Source: Oligoflexia bacterium (GTDB taxonomy: Bacteria; Bdellovibrionota_G; JANQFH01). From it: 64,000 nucleotides of DNA. Positions 45,000 to 54,496 of the stretch are shown in pieces. Where the stretch lies: positions 102,917-166,916 of the forward strand of contig JANQFH010000024.1 of assembly GCA_028277945.1 (NCBI GenBank). The letters are read 5' to 3'. Position 1 is the stretch's first letter. The number at the start of each line of letters is the position of its first letter. The notes beneath the pieces are model-generated. The model was not told where the DNA came from. It saw only the letters and a list, made by a program, of their open reading frames with translations, and did not search any database. The position numbers and the translations under genes are program-made.

Positions 45000-46091
45000 C
45001 TAGAATAGAAATCGTCGTAGACCAACGTTCATGAGCAGGCCAAAAGCTACGAAGGCACTGATCGTTACCGAGCCACCGTAGCTCAAAAAGGGTAGGGGTA
45101 GGCCAACCACCGGCAACAGGCCAAGCTCCATGCCAATGTTAATGAAGAAGTGCCAAAAGAAGTAGGCGGCTATGCCAAAGGCGAGCAAGGTGCCAAAACG
45201 GTCTTTTGCGCGCATGGCAATGTTTAGCGCTGAGAGAATAAACAAGAAAAAGCAGGCCATCAGAAACATCGAACCCAAGAAACCCCACTCTTCCGCAAAA
45301 TTGGAAAAGATGAAATCCGTGTGCTGTTTGGGCAGAAACATCAACTTGCTCTGCGTGCCGCTTAAAAAACCTTTTCCCGTGAGCATTCCAGAGCCTACGG
45401 CAATCTTGCTCTGAATCACTTGGTAGCCGCCAGCAAGACGATACTTCTCCGGATTGAGAAAAGTGATCACGCGGCTCTTCTGATAGGCAGAGAGCAAGAA
45501 GATCCAAGCCAGCGGTAGCGACACAGCAATGGCAATGGCCATACCGATAATAGTGCGACGGTGCACACCCACGTAGAGAATGATACTCACGCCGGTAATT
45601 CCCAGTACCAGAGTCGTGCCAAGATCGGGCTGCAGGTTGATAAGTCCCATCGGCAGTAGGATTACCAACAGCGGCACAATAAGCTGAACCAAGTTGTAGG
45701 GGGGTTGCTGTTCACGTTTGGCAAAGATCTTCGCCAACATGATGATCACTGCGAGTTTTGCCAGCTCCGATGGTTGGATGGTCAACGGGCCAAGGTGCAA
45801 CCAACGCACGCTGCCGCCAATAGGATTTCCAGTGACGAGCACCAGAACTAGCAGCAGTATAGTAAAGCCGTAGATAAAATAGGCAGCGCGCTCCATATAG
45901 AGGTAGTTGACAAGGCTTGCCAGTATAAAGACGATGAGGCCGAGCAGAATCCAGATCATCTGGTTTTTAAAGTACTTTGCCACCGGTAAGCCGTAGGTTG
46001 CCGAATAGAGGTTGGCAAGACCGACAAGCGTCAACAACAAGACAATGATAACCAGCGGCCAATCAATATTACTGAGGAGTTTACGTTCCAT
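45000..46091 (-). CDS. rodA: SEDS peptidoglycan polymerase RodA
   Basis: About 10 TM helices with SEDS motifs (QPSELAKL, TDFIFSNFAEEWGF, LPFLSYGGS). It lies downstream of mrdA. Confidence 0.9.
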   Translation of the reverse strand: MERKLLSNIDWPLVIIVLLLTLVGLANLYSATYGLPVAKYFKNQMIWILLGLIVFILASLVNYLYMERAAYFIYGFTILLLVLVLVTGNPIGGSVRWLHLGPLTIQPSELAKLAVIIMLAKIFAKREQQPPYNLVQLIVPLLVILLPMGLINLQPDLGTTLVLGITGVSIILYVGVHRRTIIGMAIAIAVSLPLAWIFLLSAYQKSRVITFLNPEKYRLAGGYQVIQSKIAVGSGMLTGKGFLSGTQSKLMFLPKQHTDFIFSNFAEEWGFLGSMFLMACFFLFILSALNIAMRAKDRFGTLLAFGIAAYFFWHFFINIGMELGLLPVVGLPLPFLSYGGSVTISAFVAFGLLMNVGLRRFLF

Positions 46092-47961
46092 GGGACAACT
46101 GCTTCTCCTCTTCGTCGACTAAGTAGGCTTCGATAATCTGTTTGGCAATGGGTGCGGCTGCTTTGGCACCATTGCCACTATGCTCGGCAAGCACGGCAAC
46201 AGCGATCTTAGGCTGCGTTACTGGAGCAAAAGCAATGAACCAAGCGTGGTCCTCAAACTCTGCCGCAAGCTTTTCACCGCGTTGTTGTTTCACAACTTGT
46301 GCCGTACCAGTCTTGCCGGCAATGCGAATCTTGTTGCTGCGCGCGCGCCAGTAGGCTGTGCCTTTGCGTTCATTGACCGCCTGATCCAACCCGGTGATAA
46401 TCTGCTCAAGCTGTTGACGTTGCAATGGCAAGGTCGACTCTACGGTCGTGGTAAATTCCTGGGTTGCTCCAGTGACAGGGTTGACTGCCTTTTGTACCAC
46501 TCTAGGTTGTACCAACTTCCCGCCATTCGCCACTGCTGCGGTAACCCGTGCCATCTGCAGCGGCGTGACTGCCAGATAACCTTGGCCAATGGCAACTGAG
46601 GCGGTCTCACCGTCGACCCAAGGCTGTTGCAAGGTCTTGCGTTTCCACGCGGTTGTTGGCACGATACCACTCTGTTCGTGGTTCAAGCCCAAGCCACTGC
46701 GACGCCCAAGTCCGAAAATCTTTGCCTCCTCAGCAATGCGGTCAATACCGAGTTCAAGCCCAAGCTGATAGAAAAAGACATCACAAGATCGTTCCAAAGC
46801 GGCAATCAGATCGACCGCTTCGTGTCCTGGGTAGGGTCGCCAGCAACGTTTGACCTCACGACCTATTCGGTAAGATCCGCGACACGCTTGGAAGTCCTGT
46901 CCATCTAAAGGTAAACGCTCTCGCAGTCCAGCAGCAGCGGTGATGACTTTAAAGGTTGATCCCGGCGGATAGATTCCCATGGTGGCGCGATCGTAGAGTG
47001 GCTTTTCTGGATCTTGGCGCAGTTGTTTCCAGTAGTCCGCAGGAATGGTACGGGAGAACTTTGTCAGATCAAAGCAGGGTTTGCTAACCATCGCCAAGAT
47101 CTCACCGCTTTCAGGCTCTAGGGCAACCACAGCACCCGATTTATGGATAAATACCTCCTCAGCCCGCTTCTGGAGTTCCAGATCAATGCTAAGAAAGAGA
47201 TCCATTCCGGGTTTGGCCTCTCGCTTGCGCAGGGTCGGTAACAGAAAGTCAGCATCCTCCTCGCCGAGCTCACGGCCGTAGGCATCTTCAATGACCGGCC
47301 TGGCGCCGTTGCTGCCACGCAGTTGTGCATCCATCAACGCTTCCACACCCCAAACACCGATATAGTCACCACGACTGATATCACTGTCGGCGTTGGCTGT
47401 GCGTAGCTGCGCTAAGCGATTCTTACTGACTTCGCGCAGGTAGCCAAAGAGATGGCAGGCAAGGCTGCCGTGCGGGTAGCGCCGCATCGGCCGGTAAACA
47501 ATATCCACACCAGGTAGCTGATACTTCTTTGCCTTGGTGTTGGCTATGATCTCGTGGGAGACATCTTCAAGTATCGTTGTAGCTTCAAACCGTGGTGCGC
47601 TGCTGACCTTGGCTTCAATGTTAGCCATTTGTTCAACAGGGAGCTGCAGATCATTACGCAAGAAAGCAAACACCGCAGCCTTTCTATCGCCAAGGTGGCC
47701 ACGGGTGATGGTAATGTCAAAAGAGGGACGATTGTCGACGAGAATCCTGCCGTGACGATCTAAGAGTTTACCGCGCAGAGCATAGATCTTTTTGATAGTG
47801 ATGCGGTTTTCTTCGGAGAACTGTTTGTACTCTTTACCATGTACAAGCTGGAGCTGGATGAGTCGTAGCGTAAGGATGACAAAAAAAATGCCAAACAGCA
47901 GGGCAGCAACGGCGATCTTCTCTTTGCTCTCCTTAGAGTCTAAGTTCGGTCTTATCAGCAT
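46081..47961 (-). CDS. mrdA: Penicillin-binding protein 2 (elongasome transpeptidase)
   Basis: The SxxK motif appears as PPGSTFK. A KTGT motif (GKTGTAQV) and a PBP dimerisation domain are present. ATG 47961 is preferred; the tracked ORF runs to 48012. Confidence 0.9.
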   Translation of the reverse strand: MLIRPNLDSKESKEKIAVAALLFGIFFVILTLRLIQLQLVHGKEYKQFSEENRITIKKIYALRGKLLDRHGRILVDNRPSFDITITRGHLGDRKAAVFAFLRNDLQLPVEQMANIEAKVSSAPRFEATTILEDVSHEIIANTKAKKYQLPGVDIVYRPMRRYPHGSLACHLFGYLREVSKNRLAQLRTANADSDISRGDYIGVWGVEALMDAQLRGSNGARPVIEDAYGRELGEEDADFLLPTLRKREAKPGMDLFLSIDLELQKRAEEVFIHKSGAVVALEPESGEILAMVSKPCFDLTKFSRTIPADYWKQLRQDPEKPLYDRATMGIYPPGSTFKVITAAAGLRERLPLDGQDFQACRGSYRIGREVKRCWRPYPGHEAVDLIAALERSCDVFFYQLGLELGIDRIAEEAKIFGLGRRSGLGLNHEQSGIVPTTAWKRKTLQQPWVDGETASVAIGQGYLAVTPLQMARVTAAVANGGKLVQPRVVQKAVNPVTGATQEFTTTVESTLPLQRQQLEQIITGLDQAVNERKGTAYWRARSNKIRIAGKTGTAQVVKQQRGEKLAAEFEDHAWFIAFAPVTQPKIAVAVLAEHSGNGAKAAAPIAKQIIEAYLVDEEEKQLSHGT

Positions 47962-48469
47962 GTTGGACACTCTCTTTGACCCAGTCAAAGAAGGTAAAGA
48001 TGATGGCACCAAACAGGGCGTTCATCAACGCTTGCCGCACCGAGGGCCACAGCAGCTGCTCCATGCCAACACTCCAGTTGGAGACAAGCTGCATCATGTA
48101 AAAGAAAAGGTGATTGTAAAGAAGGCTAAGCGAAAACACTAGCAGGATATAGGTCTCAATTCTCTTAAAGAAGAGACGGATATTAAGAATATAGGTAACG
48201 AGAAAACAGAGCGGAGCCAACAACGCGTAGAGACGCATACTAGAGGGTGAGAAGGTGTTGGCAAAGAGTCCGACGATAAATGCGAGGATGGTTCCTCGCA
48301 GAATGGATTTTTCTCGCACCCCTAAATAGATGCAAAAGATACAGGCAATGTCAGCCTGAGTACGAATCACTTTAAAGGGTAGGGCAAAGTCAAGCAGGCG
48401 GTAGGCCGGCAGGCTCTGCAGAACGTATAAGATGGCAACCGTGGCACTAATAGTGATGACCTGTTTCAC
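47933..48469 (-). CDS. mreD: Rod shape-determining protein MreD
   Basis: 178-aa polytopic membrane protein lying between mreC and mrdA. Confidence 0.7.
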   Translation of the reverse strand: MKQVITISATVAILYVLQSLPAYRLLDFALPFKVIRTQADIACIFCIYLGVREKSILRGTILAFIVGLFANTFSPSSMRLYALLAPLCFLVTYILNIRLFFKRIETYILLVFSLSLLYNHLFFYMMQLVSNWSVGMEQLLWPSVRQALMNALFGAIIFTFFDWVKESVQHADKTELRL

Positions 48470-49356
48470 GGGGTTGCCTCGCTGGTGGTATTAGCCGGCT
48501 GCTCTGCCGTCTGGTTACGGCGGCCTTCTATGACCACCAACACCTCTTCAAGGCGAGCGAACTTGACTGTAGGCTCAACATAGCCATCGACAAAGAGGCT
48601 GGCGGGATCCTGACGCTTTTCAACGATGGTGCCAACAGCAATCCCCTTAGGATAAATACTATCGAGACCCGAGCTGACAAGGCGGCTGCCTATTTCCATG
48701 GCCTCACCACGGACGACAAACTCCAGCCGTAATCGTACTGTTCCCTGTCCCTGTAGGATGCCGCGAGCGCGGGTGTTCTGATCGTAAACGTCGATGCTAC
48801 TGTTGGGATCGACCAGCAGCAGAACATTGGCATAGTGTGCTGTCGTATTGAGAACATGACCGACAACACCGGCAGAGTTGACCACCGCCATACCGGCACG
48901 TACCCCATCACGCTCGCCTTTGTCTATGCGCACACTGTGTTTGAAGCTAGAACTTCCCAGCGAGATGACCCGTGCAGCGACAGTTTGCAGCTGCGTTTGC
49001 GCTTGGAAACCAAGCAGATGGCGCAGTCGCAGGTTCTCCTGGCGCTCTTCCTCGAGTTGGGCTAGGCGTAGCACCTGGTTGCGGTGACGTTTGCTAAGTT
49101 CCAGGTAGTTTTGCCGCACATCTTTGAGAAAGAGGTAGTCCATCCACAACTGATAGGTTCTATCGATGAGGTAGGTCAGTGCCTGTTGTGGCGGGGAGGT
49201 GATGTTAACCAACAACCTCTCTAAAGGGTTTAGTTGGTGCTGATTCTGCAAGCGTAGGGAAAAGATCTGGGCGAGCGCATAGAGCAGCAGCAGGGAGATG
49301 ATGAGAATATCGCGATAACGGTGCAGAAGCGAACCCACAGCTGCCTCAATCAGCAA
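48466..49356 (-). CDS. mreC: Rod shape-determining protein MreC
   Basis: N-terminal anchor, coiled coil (ENLRLRHLLG) and beta-barrel domains (GVVGHV, SSGLDSIYPKGIAVG). TTG start. Confidence 0.85.
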   Translation of the reverse strand: MLIEAAVGSLLHRYRDILIISLLLLYALAQIFSLRLQNQHQLNPLERLLVNITSPPQQALTYLIDRTYQLWMDYLFLKDVRQNYLELSKRHRNQVLRLAQLEEERQENLRLRHLLGFQAQTQLQTVAARVISLGSSSFKHSVRIDKGERDGVRAGMAVVNSAGVVGHVLNTTAHYANVLLLVDPNSSIDVYDQNTRARGILQGQGTVRLRLEFVVRGEAMEIGSRLVSSGLDSIYPKGIAVGTIVEKRQDPASLFVDGYVEPTVKFARLEEVLVVIEGRRNQTAEQPANTTSEATP

Positions 49357-49378
49357 AAAACCGGTTGATTTAACCTAC

Positions 49379-50311
49379 TTGAAGAATATGGTGGAGGCAA
49401 TGGATTTACTCTGGCAGGAGCCGCAACAGGTGCTGTCGCTACGTTGTCCGGCAAAGGTCAATCTCTTTTTGCGTATTCTTGGCCGCAGGCAGGATGGTTA
49501 TCACAACCTAGTAAGCCTTATGGCCAAGGTGACACTCTTTGATGAACTGATCCTACGGCGCTTGCGTCGCTCGACCATTAAACTCATCTGTCCACAAAAC
49601 CGCCAACTCGAAAGCGACGATAACCTTGTCATGCGTGTTGCCAGAGAGCTGCTACCAGCAGACATTGGGGTTGAGATGGAGTTGCACAAATCGATTCCCA
49701 TAGGTGCTGGGTTAGGGGGTGGTAGTAGTAATGCCGCCGCTGCTCTGCTTGGCCTCAACCAGCTATTCGAGCTAAAGCAAGACACTCAGCGGCAACACCA
49801 GCTCGCCGCTCGTCTCGGCGCCGACGTACCATTCTTTCTTCTCAAACAGAGTGCTGCCATGGCCACCGGCATAGGCACAACCTTAAGACCTCTCTCTCGC
49901 CTACCCAAACTTGCGCTGTTGTTGGTCTATCCTCGGGTGGCGGTTTCATCGGCAGCGGCCTACCGAGCCTTTGCCCATGCCACCGAAGCCGGCTCTGAGC
50001 AAATTTCTTTGACATTAAGTTCTAGTAATGATAAGAGAAATTGCGGTATGGGGGCTGCGTCCGCGGCGCATTGCGTAGCACGTATGCTGCACAATGATTT
50101 AGAAACGGTCGTAGCGCAGCAACTTCCCCAGATCCAAGAGCTTAAACAGCGGTTGTTGGCAGCCTCTGCACTGGCAGCAACCATGAGCGGTAGTGGCTCT
50201 ACCGTCTTTGGGCTCTATGCGGGTGAAGAGGAAGCAAGACGTGACGAGAAGCAGTTACAGCAGGAGCATCACCTGTGGGTGAAGCAGGTAGCGACACTGT
50301 CTGCAGATTGA
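49379..50311 (+). CDS. ispE: 4-diphosphocytidyl-2-C-methyl-D-erythritol kinase
   Basis: CPAKVNLFLRILGRRQDGYH and the GHMP motif IPIGAGLGGGSSNAAA. Start is 49379 (TTG) or 49388 (ATG). Confidence 0.88.
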   Translation: MKNMVEAMDLLWQEPQQVLSLRCPAKVNLFLRILGRRQDGYHNLVSLMAKVTLFDELILRRLRRSTIKLICPQNRQLESDDNLVMRVARELLPADIGVEMELHKSIPIGAGLGGGSSNAAAALLGLNQLFELKQDTQRQHQLAARLGADVPFFLLKQSAAMATGIGTTLRPLSRLPKLALLLVYPRVAVSSAAAYRAFAHATEAGSEQISLTLSSSNDKRNCGMGAASAAHCVARMLHNDLETVVAQQLPQIQELKQRLLAASALAATMSGSGSTVFGLYAGEEEARRDEKQLQQEHHLWVKQVATLSAD

Positions 50312-50336
50312 CTGGGGTGCTCATTAGGAGGGCGGC

Positions 50337-50666
50337 ATGGAGATAACTAGCATCAAGGTTTTTCCGGTTGATGAAGAGCGGTTGAAGGCGTTTGCAACGA
50401 TTGTTTTCGATAGTTGCTTCGTGGTTCGCGATCTCAAGATTATCAAAGGCAATAAGGGCCTGTTTGTGGCCATGCCAAGCAAGCGGTGCAAGGATGGCAC
50501 CTTTAAAGATATGGCCCATCCGCTCAATAGCGAGACGCGCAATCTGATCGAGGAGCTTGTCATCAAAGAGTACAATGAAGAGTTGAAGAGAAACGGCACA
50601 ACCCCAAAAGCTGGCTCTGCGGACGACTCTCCCGAGGATTCTTCCCTTGATGTTATCTCTCCCTGA
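50337..50666 (+). CDS. spoVG: Septation/regulatory protein SpoVG
   Basis: MEITSIKVFPVDEERLKAFATIVFDSCFVVRDLKIIKGNKGLFVAMPSKR...AHPLNSETR is near-consensus SpoVG. Confidence 0.9.
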   Translation: MEITSIKVFPVDEERLKAFATIVFDSCFVVRDLKIIKGNKGLFVAMPSKRCKDGTFKDMAHPLNSETRNLIEELVIKEYNEELKRNGTTPKAGSADDSPEDSSLDVISP

Positions 50667-50699
50667 AGTATGAAGAAGGCCAACAGGCAAGCCGGTCAT

Positions 50700-50771
50700 T
50701 GGGGCGTCGTCAAGTGGTAAGACACAGGATTTTGGTTCCTGCATTCGGAGGTTCGAATCCTCCCGCCCCAG
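50700..50771 (+). tRNA. tRNA-Gln (anticodon UUG), CCA not encoded
   Basis: The cloverleaf was folded by hand. The acceptor TGGGGCG pairs with CGCCCCA. The D stem is GTC/GAC. The anticodon stem is CAGGA/TCCTG with loop TTTTGGT. The T arm is GGAGG-TTCGAAT-CCTCC and the discriminator is G. It is close to E. coli tRNA-Gln as I remember it. Confidence 0.9.
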
Positions 50772-50795
50772 CTTTACGTCTAAAGTAGGTTAAAG

Positions 50796-51779
50796 ATGAA
50801 ACACAACGATAAGATCTCTCCCAGCGCCTCAGAAACGGCCAGGGACATTAAGGTCTTTAGCGGCAACGCCAACAAAGAGCTGACCAAGCATATCTGTGAC
50901 TTTCTCAACATTGTTCCTGGCGAAGCTGAAGTGAGCCGCTTTAGTGATGGTGAGACCCGGGTAGAAATTAACGAGAACGTCCGCGGTCACGATATCTTTA
51001 TCGTCCAATCCACTTGCGATCCCGTCAACGACCATCTCATGGAGCTGTTGGTGATGATCGACGCCTTAAAACGCGCCTCTGCCCATCGCATCACTGCGGT
51101 GATACCCTACTACGGTTATGCCCGTCAGGACCGCAAGGTAGCTCCGCGTGCACCTATTACCGCCAAGCTGGTGGCTGACCTGTTGGCTGCTGCTGGCACC
51201 GATCGCGTTCTCAGTATGGATTTGCACGCCGGCCAGATTCAGGGCTTTTTTGATATTCCCTTTGACCACCTCTATGCCGCTCCGGTTTTGCTCGACTATT
51301 TAAAAAAGCTCCGCGGAGACCGCGAGGTCGTGGTGGTGGCGCCAGATGCAGGCGGTACAGAGCGCGCTCGTTACTACGGTAAGCGTCTCGATGCGAGTCT
51401 CGCGGTTATTGATAAACGGCGTGAACGCGCCAATGTCTCGGCAGTGATGCACATCATTGGTGATGTCAAAGATCGGGTTGCTATTCTTGTCGATGACATC
51501 ATCGATACCGCCGGTTCTATCACCCAGGCTGTACCCGCACTGCTCGATGCCGGCGCCATGGAGGTTTATGCCGTAGCCACCCACGCCGTGCTCTCAGGTC
51601 CTGCCTTGGAACGGATTGCCGCCTCGAAGATGTTAAAGTTGGCAGTAACAGACACCATCCCGCTGAGCGAGGAGTGCCGTAAGGTCGACAAGGTTGAGGT
51701 CTTCTCCGTGGCCCAGCTCTTGGGCGAGGCCATCAAGCGCATCCACAACGCTGACTCGGTCAGCTCGCTGTTTATTTAA
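50796..51779 (+). CDS. prs: Ribose-phosphate pyrophosphokinase
   Basis: [16 protein letters not shown], the PRPP loop [10 protein letters not shown], and a typical SVSSLF C-terminus. Confidence 0.95.
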   Translation: MKHNDKISPSASETARDIKVFSGNANKELTKHICDFLNIVPGEAEVSRFSDGETRVEINENVRGHDIFIVQSTCDPVNDHLMELLVMIDALKRASAHRITAVIPYYGYARQDRKVAPRAPITAKLVADLLAAAGTDRVLSMDLHAGQIQGFFDIPFDHLYAAPVLLDYLKKLRGDREVVVVAPDAGGTERARYYGKRLDASLAVIDKRRERANVSAVMHIIGDVKDRVAILVDDIIDTAGSITQAVPALLDAGAMEVYAVATHAVLSGPALERIAASKMLKLAVTDTIPLSEECRKVDKVEVFSVAQLLGEAIKRIHNADSVSSLFI

Positions 51780-51788
51780 AGACCCCTT
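51737..51788 (+). repeat. Direct repeat DR1a: last 43 nt of prs (stop codon included) plus 9 nt
   Basis: It matches 52518..52569 at 50 of 52 positions. Both differences are silent in the Prs frame (GCT/GCC and TAA/TGA). Confidence 0.9.
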
Positions 51789-51836
51789 TGGCCCCAAAGG
51801 TAATAAATTGTTAGGGGGCCTTCTTAGTCTTCATGA

Positions 51837-52115
51837 CTAGGCCACCAGTTTTTTCCTAAGCTTTTCAAGCTCATGCTCTAGACGATCTAGTCGAGATTCC
51901 TGCTGCTTTCTGTGGTGGAGCGTGTCGCGTAGGAGCCTATTTAATAGTGTCTGATAAGGGATTCCAGTGTTGTCGGACATCTTTTTTACTTCTGCCAACA
52001 AATCAGCATCAAAGTTTATGGTAATTTTCACCTTGTGCACTTTTGCCATCTGCTGACGTATTTGACGCGTTCCTTTTTTATCAATCTTTAGCTCACTCAA
52101 CTTTGGTTGCTTCAT
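51837..52115 (-). CDS. brnA: BrnA-type antitoxin
   Basis: The ATG at 52115 gives MKQPKLSELK. VKITINFDADLLAEVKKMSDNTGIPYQTLLNRLLRD is typical of the BrnA antitoxin family. The tracked ORF starts at TTG 52154. The gene overlaps the brnT stop. Confidence 0.75.
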   Translation of the reverse strand: MKQPKLSELKIDKKGTRQIRQQMAKVHKVKITINFDADLLAEVKKMSDNTGIPYQTLLNRLLRDTLHHRKQQESRLDRLEHELEKLRKKLVA

Positions 52116-52383
52116 GGTACAGTCTCCTAAAGTTACGCCATTCGGCTGATCCAATAATACGGATCTTATTTCCTCGCCTTGTGAAACGAGTTGTGAGAAT
52201 GCGATTTGATCTTGATTTGCCTACCCAGTAAAACCGCTTCTCATTCTGAGAATGCTGTTTATCCACCATCTGCACACCTTTAGGATCAAAAAAGGTTTCA
52301 ACTGCTTCGGCAAAACGGATGCCATGTTTTTGTATATTAAGACGCTCCTTGTCGATATCCCATTCAAATTCCACCTCAATCAC
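52093..52383 (-). CDS. brnT: BrnT-type toxin (DUF497 ribonuclease family)
   Basis: FEWDIDKERLNIQKHGIRFAEAVETFFDP is the BrnT/DUF497 N-terminal signature. GTG start. A TGgTAATAT extended -10-like box lies upstream on the minus strand. Confidence 0.8.
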   Translation of the reverse strand: MIEVEFEWDIDKERLNIQKHGIRFAEAVETFFDPKGVQMVDKQHSQNEKRFYWVGKSRSNRILTTRFTRRGNKIRIIGSAEWRNFRRLYHEATKVE

Positions 52384-52517
52384 TTACCGTATATATATGT
52401 ATATTACCATATTTTCACTCATGAGCGGGTCGTTGCTGAGCCAGACAAATAAGTTCTTTATTGTCAAATAGTTATTATTTCTGGTTACTAGAATAGCGGC
52501 GCAACTCAGCATGATTG

Positions 52518-52569
52518 GCGCATCCACAACGCCGACTCGGTCAGCTCGCTGTTTATTTGAAGACCCCTT
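52518..52569 (+). repeat. Direct repeat DR1b: orphan copy of the prs 3' end
   Basis: See DR1a. Homology to prs starts abruptly at GCGCATCC, and no prs-like sequence lies upstream of it. Confidence 0.9.
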
Positions 52570-52741
52570 CCTTCTCACGGGAGCCTGAGTCGCAAATAGG
52601 AAAAATTTTACGCAGTTTTATTTATGCCTCATCTGAATAAGTGTTTGAAAATTAACAGCTTTTCTCCTGGCACTTTTCTTGCTTTAAAACTTGCTATAGA
52701 AATGGAGAATGAATCATTCAGGCATTCATAGGAGTATGAAA

Positions 52742-53161
52742 ATGAAACGAATATCACTCATGTTTATCCTGGGAGCCGTGTTGGTACCCGTTTCGGGCTA
52801 CTCTGAACTCAGCATGGTTGAATGTGTCGCCCTTAAACAGATTATTGAAGAGTATGCGGTGACAAAGCCATTAAAAGAGATGTCCGGGAATGGTTCAGGG
52901 AATATTGGCCTGTCCGACAAAGCGACCCCAGAAGAGATTGCGGAGGCAGAACGACAGGCAGAGAAGATACAAGCAGCGTATGAAAAAAGAAAGCTTGAGG
53001 TAGAAGCTGACAATAAAGAAGCCCAAGCATTCAATGAGGAGATGAAAAGAAAACGGCAAGCAGTTGAAAAAGTGTATTCCGACAACGCGTGTGAAGAACA
53101 CTTCGAAGATCTTCTTAGTACGTTGGGTGTAAAGCTAGGTGACGAGCAAGAAGGCGACTAG
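52742..53161 (+). CDS. Small secreted Lys/Glu-rich coiled-coil protein
   Basis: The ATG at 52742 lies 7 nt after AGGAG. Signal peptide MKRISLMFILGAVLVPVSGYS, then a charged helical region (EEIAEAERQAEKIQAAYEKRKLEVEADNKEAQAFNEEMKRKRQAVEK). No family recognised. Confidence 0.5.
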   Translation: MKRISLMFILGAVLVPVSGYSELSMVECVALKQIIEEYAVTKPLKEMSGNGSGNIGLSDKATPEEIAEAERQAEKIQAAYEKRKLEVEADNKEAQAFNEEMKRKRQAVEKVYSDNACEEHFEDLLSTLGVKLGDEQEGD

Positions 53162-53194
53162 AAGGCCAAATCTGATATTGCCTCGGTTTCTTAT

Positions 53195-54496
53195 CTAAGA
53201 GCTATCCTCTGTGGATCTTTCTTTCTGCCTTTGAATATAGGTGTGGGTATTGGAGAGGGCTTGAATCATATCCTTATCTGTCTCAGCCAAAAGAGCTGTT
53301 GCTACTTTCTCTAATGCCTCATCTGCACGGTTGATGTTGACCGCCACCAGTGCCTCTGCCTTGGCAGCAAGCGCCAGAGCATAACTATCGTCGATCGTGC
53401 GCCATAACTCTTCCTCGGCACGCTGCTCGTAAAAGGCAAATTTTCTCTCAAGGCTCTTGGCTTTAAGACCTAGTGCAGCTTGACGCCGCACCTCTCCATC
53501 CGCATCATCTAACCGCGCGATAAACAGGATAACTACCTCATCGTTCTTTTTCCAATCGAGGAATCCGAGCGCAGCCGTTGCCCGCTGCCGTGATCGTTGA
53601 TCATCGTTGTCGCCCGTTGCTTGTGCCAGCAATGAAAACGCCAGATCGAGTAAGGCTCTGTTGAATTCTAAATAGTATAATATGGTTTCCATGTCCTTAA
53701 CCATGAACTCCTTATCGGTAGTCAGGTAGTTTTCAACCAAATCCTCAAGCAGCACTGAGTAGGCGTCATCACCTTCTTCGTCGGACATGGGTTTATATTC
53801 CAACAAGTAGCCAAAGGCCACGGGAAGGGCCTCTCGCTGCCAAACCACATCTTCATCATTCCCTTTGAACTGCAGGTAATGGTCTGAGTAGAGTGCCTCG
53901 ACGGTTAGAGGTCTACTATAGAGGTGCTCACGCAGCTCAGACCCCACTAAAAATTTGTTTCTTTCTGCAAAACCTAACTCTGCCAACCAGACCCAAGTTC
54001 GATCTCCATGGCCAAGTTTAGCCAGTGTATGCAACGCCTGCGCTATAGCGTCCCTTAAGGTGAAATTTTTCTCTTCTTTTGCTTGGCGCGCATCTTCTTC
54101 TATCGCTACATCCAACAACTCATCGAAAGCAGCACCATACTCCATGGCAACTAAGGTCTCGACTGCCTGCTGTCGCAATTGTGCCGCCTGCCATGAGGAT
54201 TCCTCACCTTCTTCGGCACTCTTAACGATTTCTAGAACCGCCTCTCCCGCCTTTTCAGCAGCCTCTTTGCCTCTGTCAGCTAACATACAGAGAGCAGTGC
54301 TGCGCGTTTCGTAGCTCCATTCACTACTCAGTCGCTCTACCAAGGTGTCGATGTCGTCTATCAAGCCTGCAGGGTTGGCAATGCCTTGCGGGCAATGTGC
54401 CCGTGCGACTGCCTGGTTCGTTAACGTTGAGCTCATGACAAAGATACAGGCCAAAACAGTCGAGAGTCCGATCTTACTTTGGCTAGGTAAAGACAT
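53195..54496 (-). CDS. Secreted HEAT-repeat protein
   Basis: The ATG at 54496 lies 6 nt after GGAGG. Signal peptide MSLPSQSKIGLSTVLACIFVMSSTLTNQAVARA. It has HEAT-like units (TRSTALCMLADRGKEA; LDDADGEVRRQAALGLKAKS). It is divergent from the 2411-aa gene. Confidence 0.6.
   Translation of the reverse strand: MSLPSQSKIGLSTVLACIFVMSSTLTNQAVARAHCPQGIANPAGLIDDIDTLVERLSSEWSYETRSTALCMLADRGKEAAEKAGEAVLEIVKSAEEGEESSWQAAQLRQQAVETLVAMEYGAAFDELLDVAIEEDARQAKEEKNFTLRDAIAQALHTLAKLGHGDRTWVWLAELGFAERNKFLVGSELREHLYSRPLTVEALYSDHYLQFKGNDEDVVWQREALPVAFGYLLEYKPMSDEEGDDAYSVLLEDLVENYLTTDKEFMVKDMETILYYLEFNRALLDLAFSLLAQATGDNDDQRSRQRATAALGFLDWKKNDEVVILFIARLDDADGEVRRQAALGLKAKSLERKFAFYEQRAEEELWRTIDDSYALALAAKAEALVAVNINRADEALEKVATALLAETDKDMIQALSNTHTYIQRQKERSTEDSS

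Noticed and set aside
51780-51836. CCTTTGG-CC-CCAAAGG hairpin after prs as its terminator
   Set aside because: The stem is only 6-7 bp with a 2-4 nt loop and no T-run. That is too weak to annotate.
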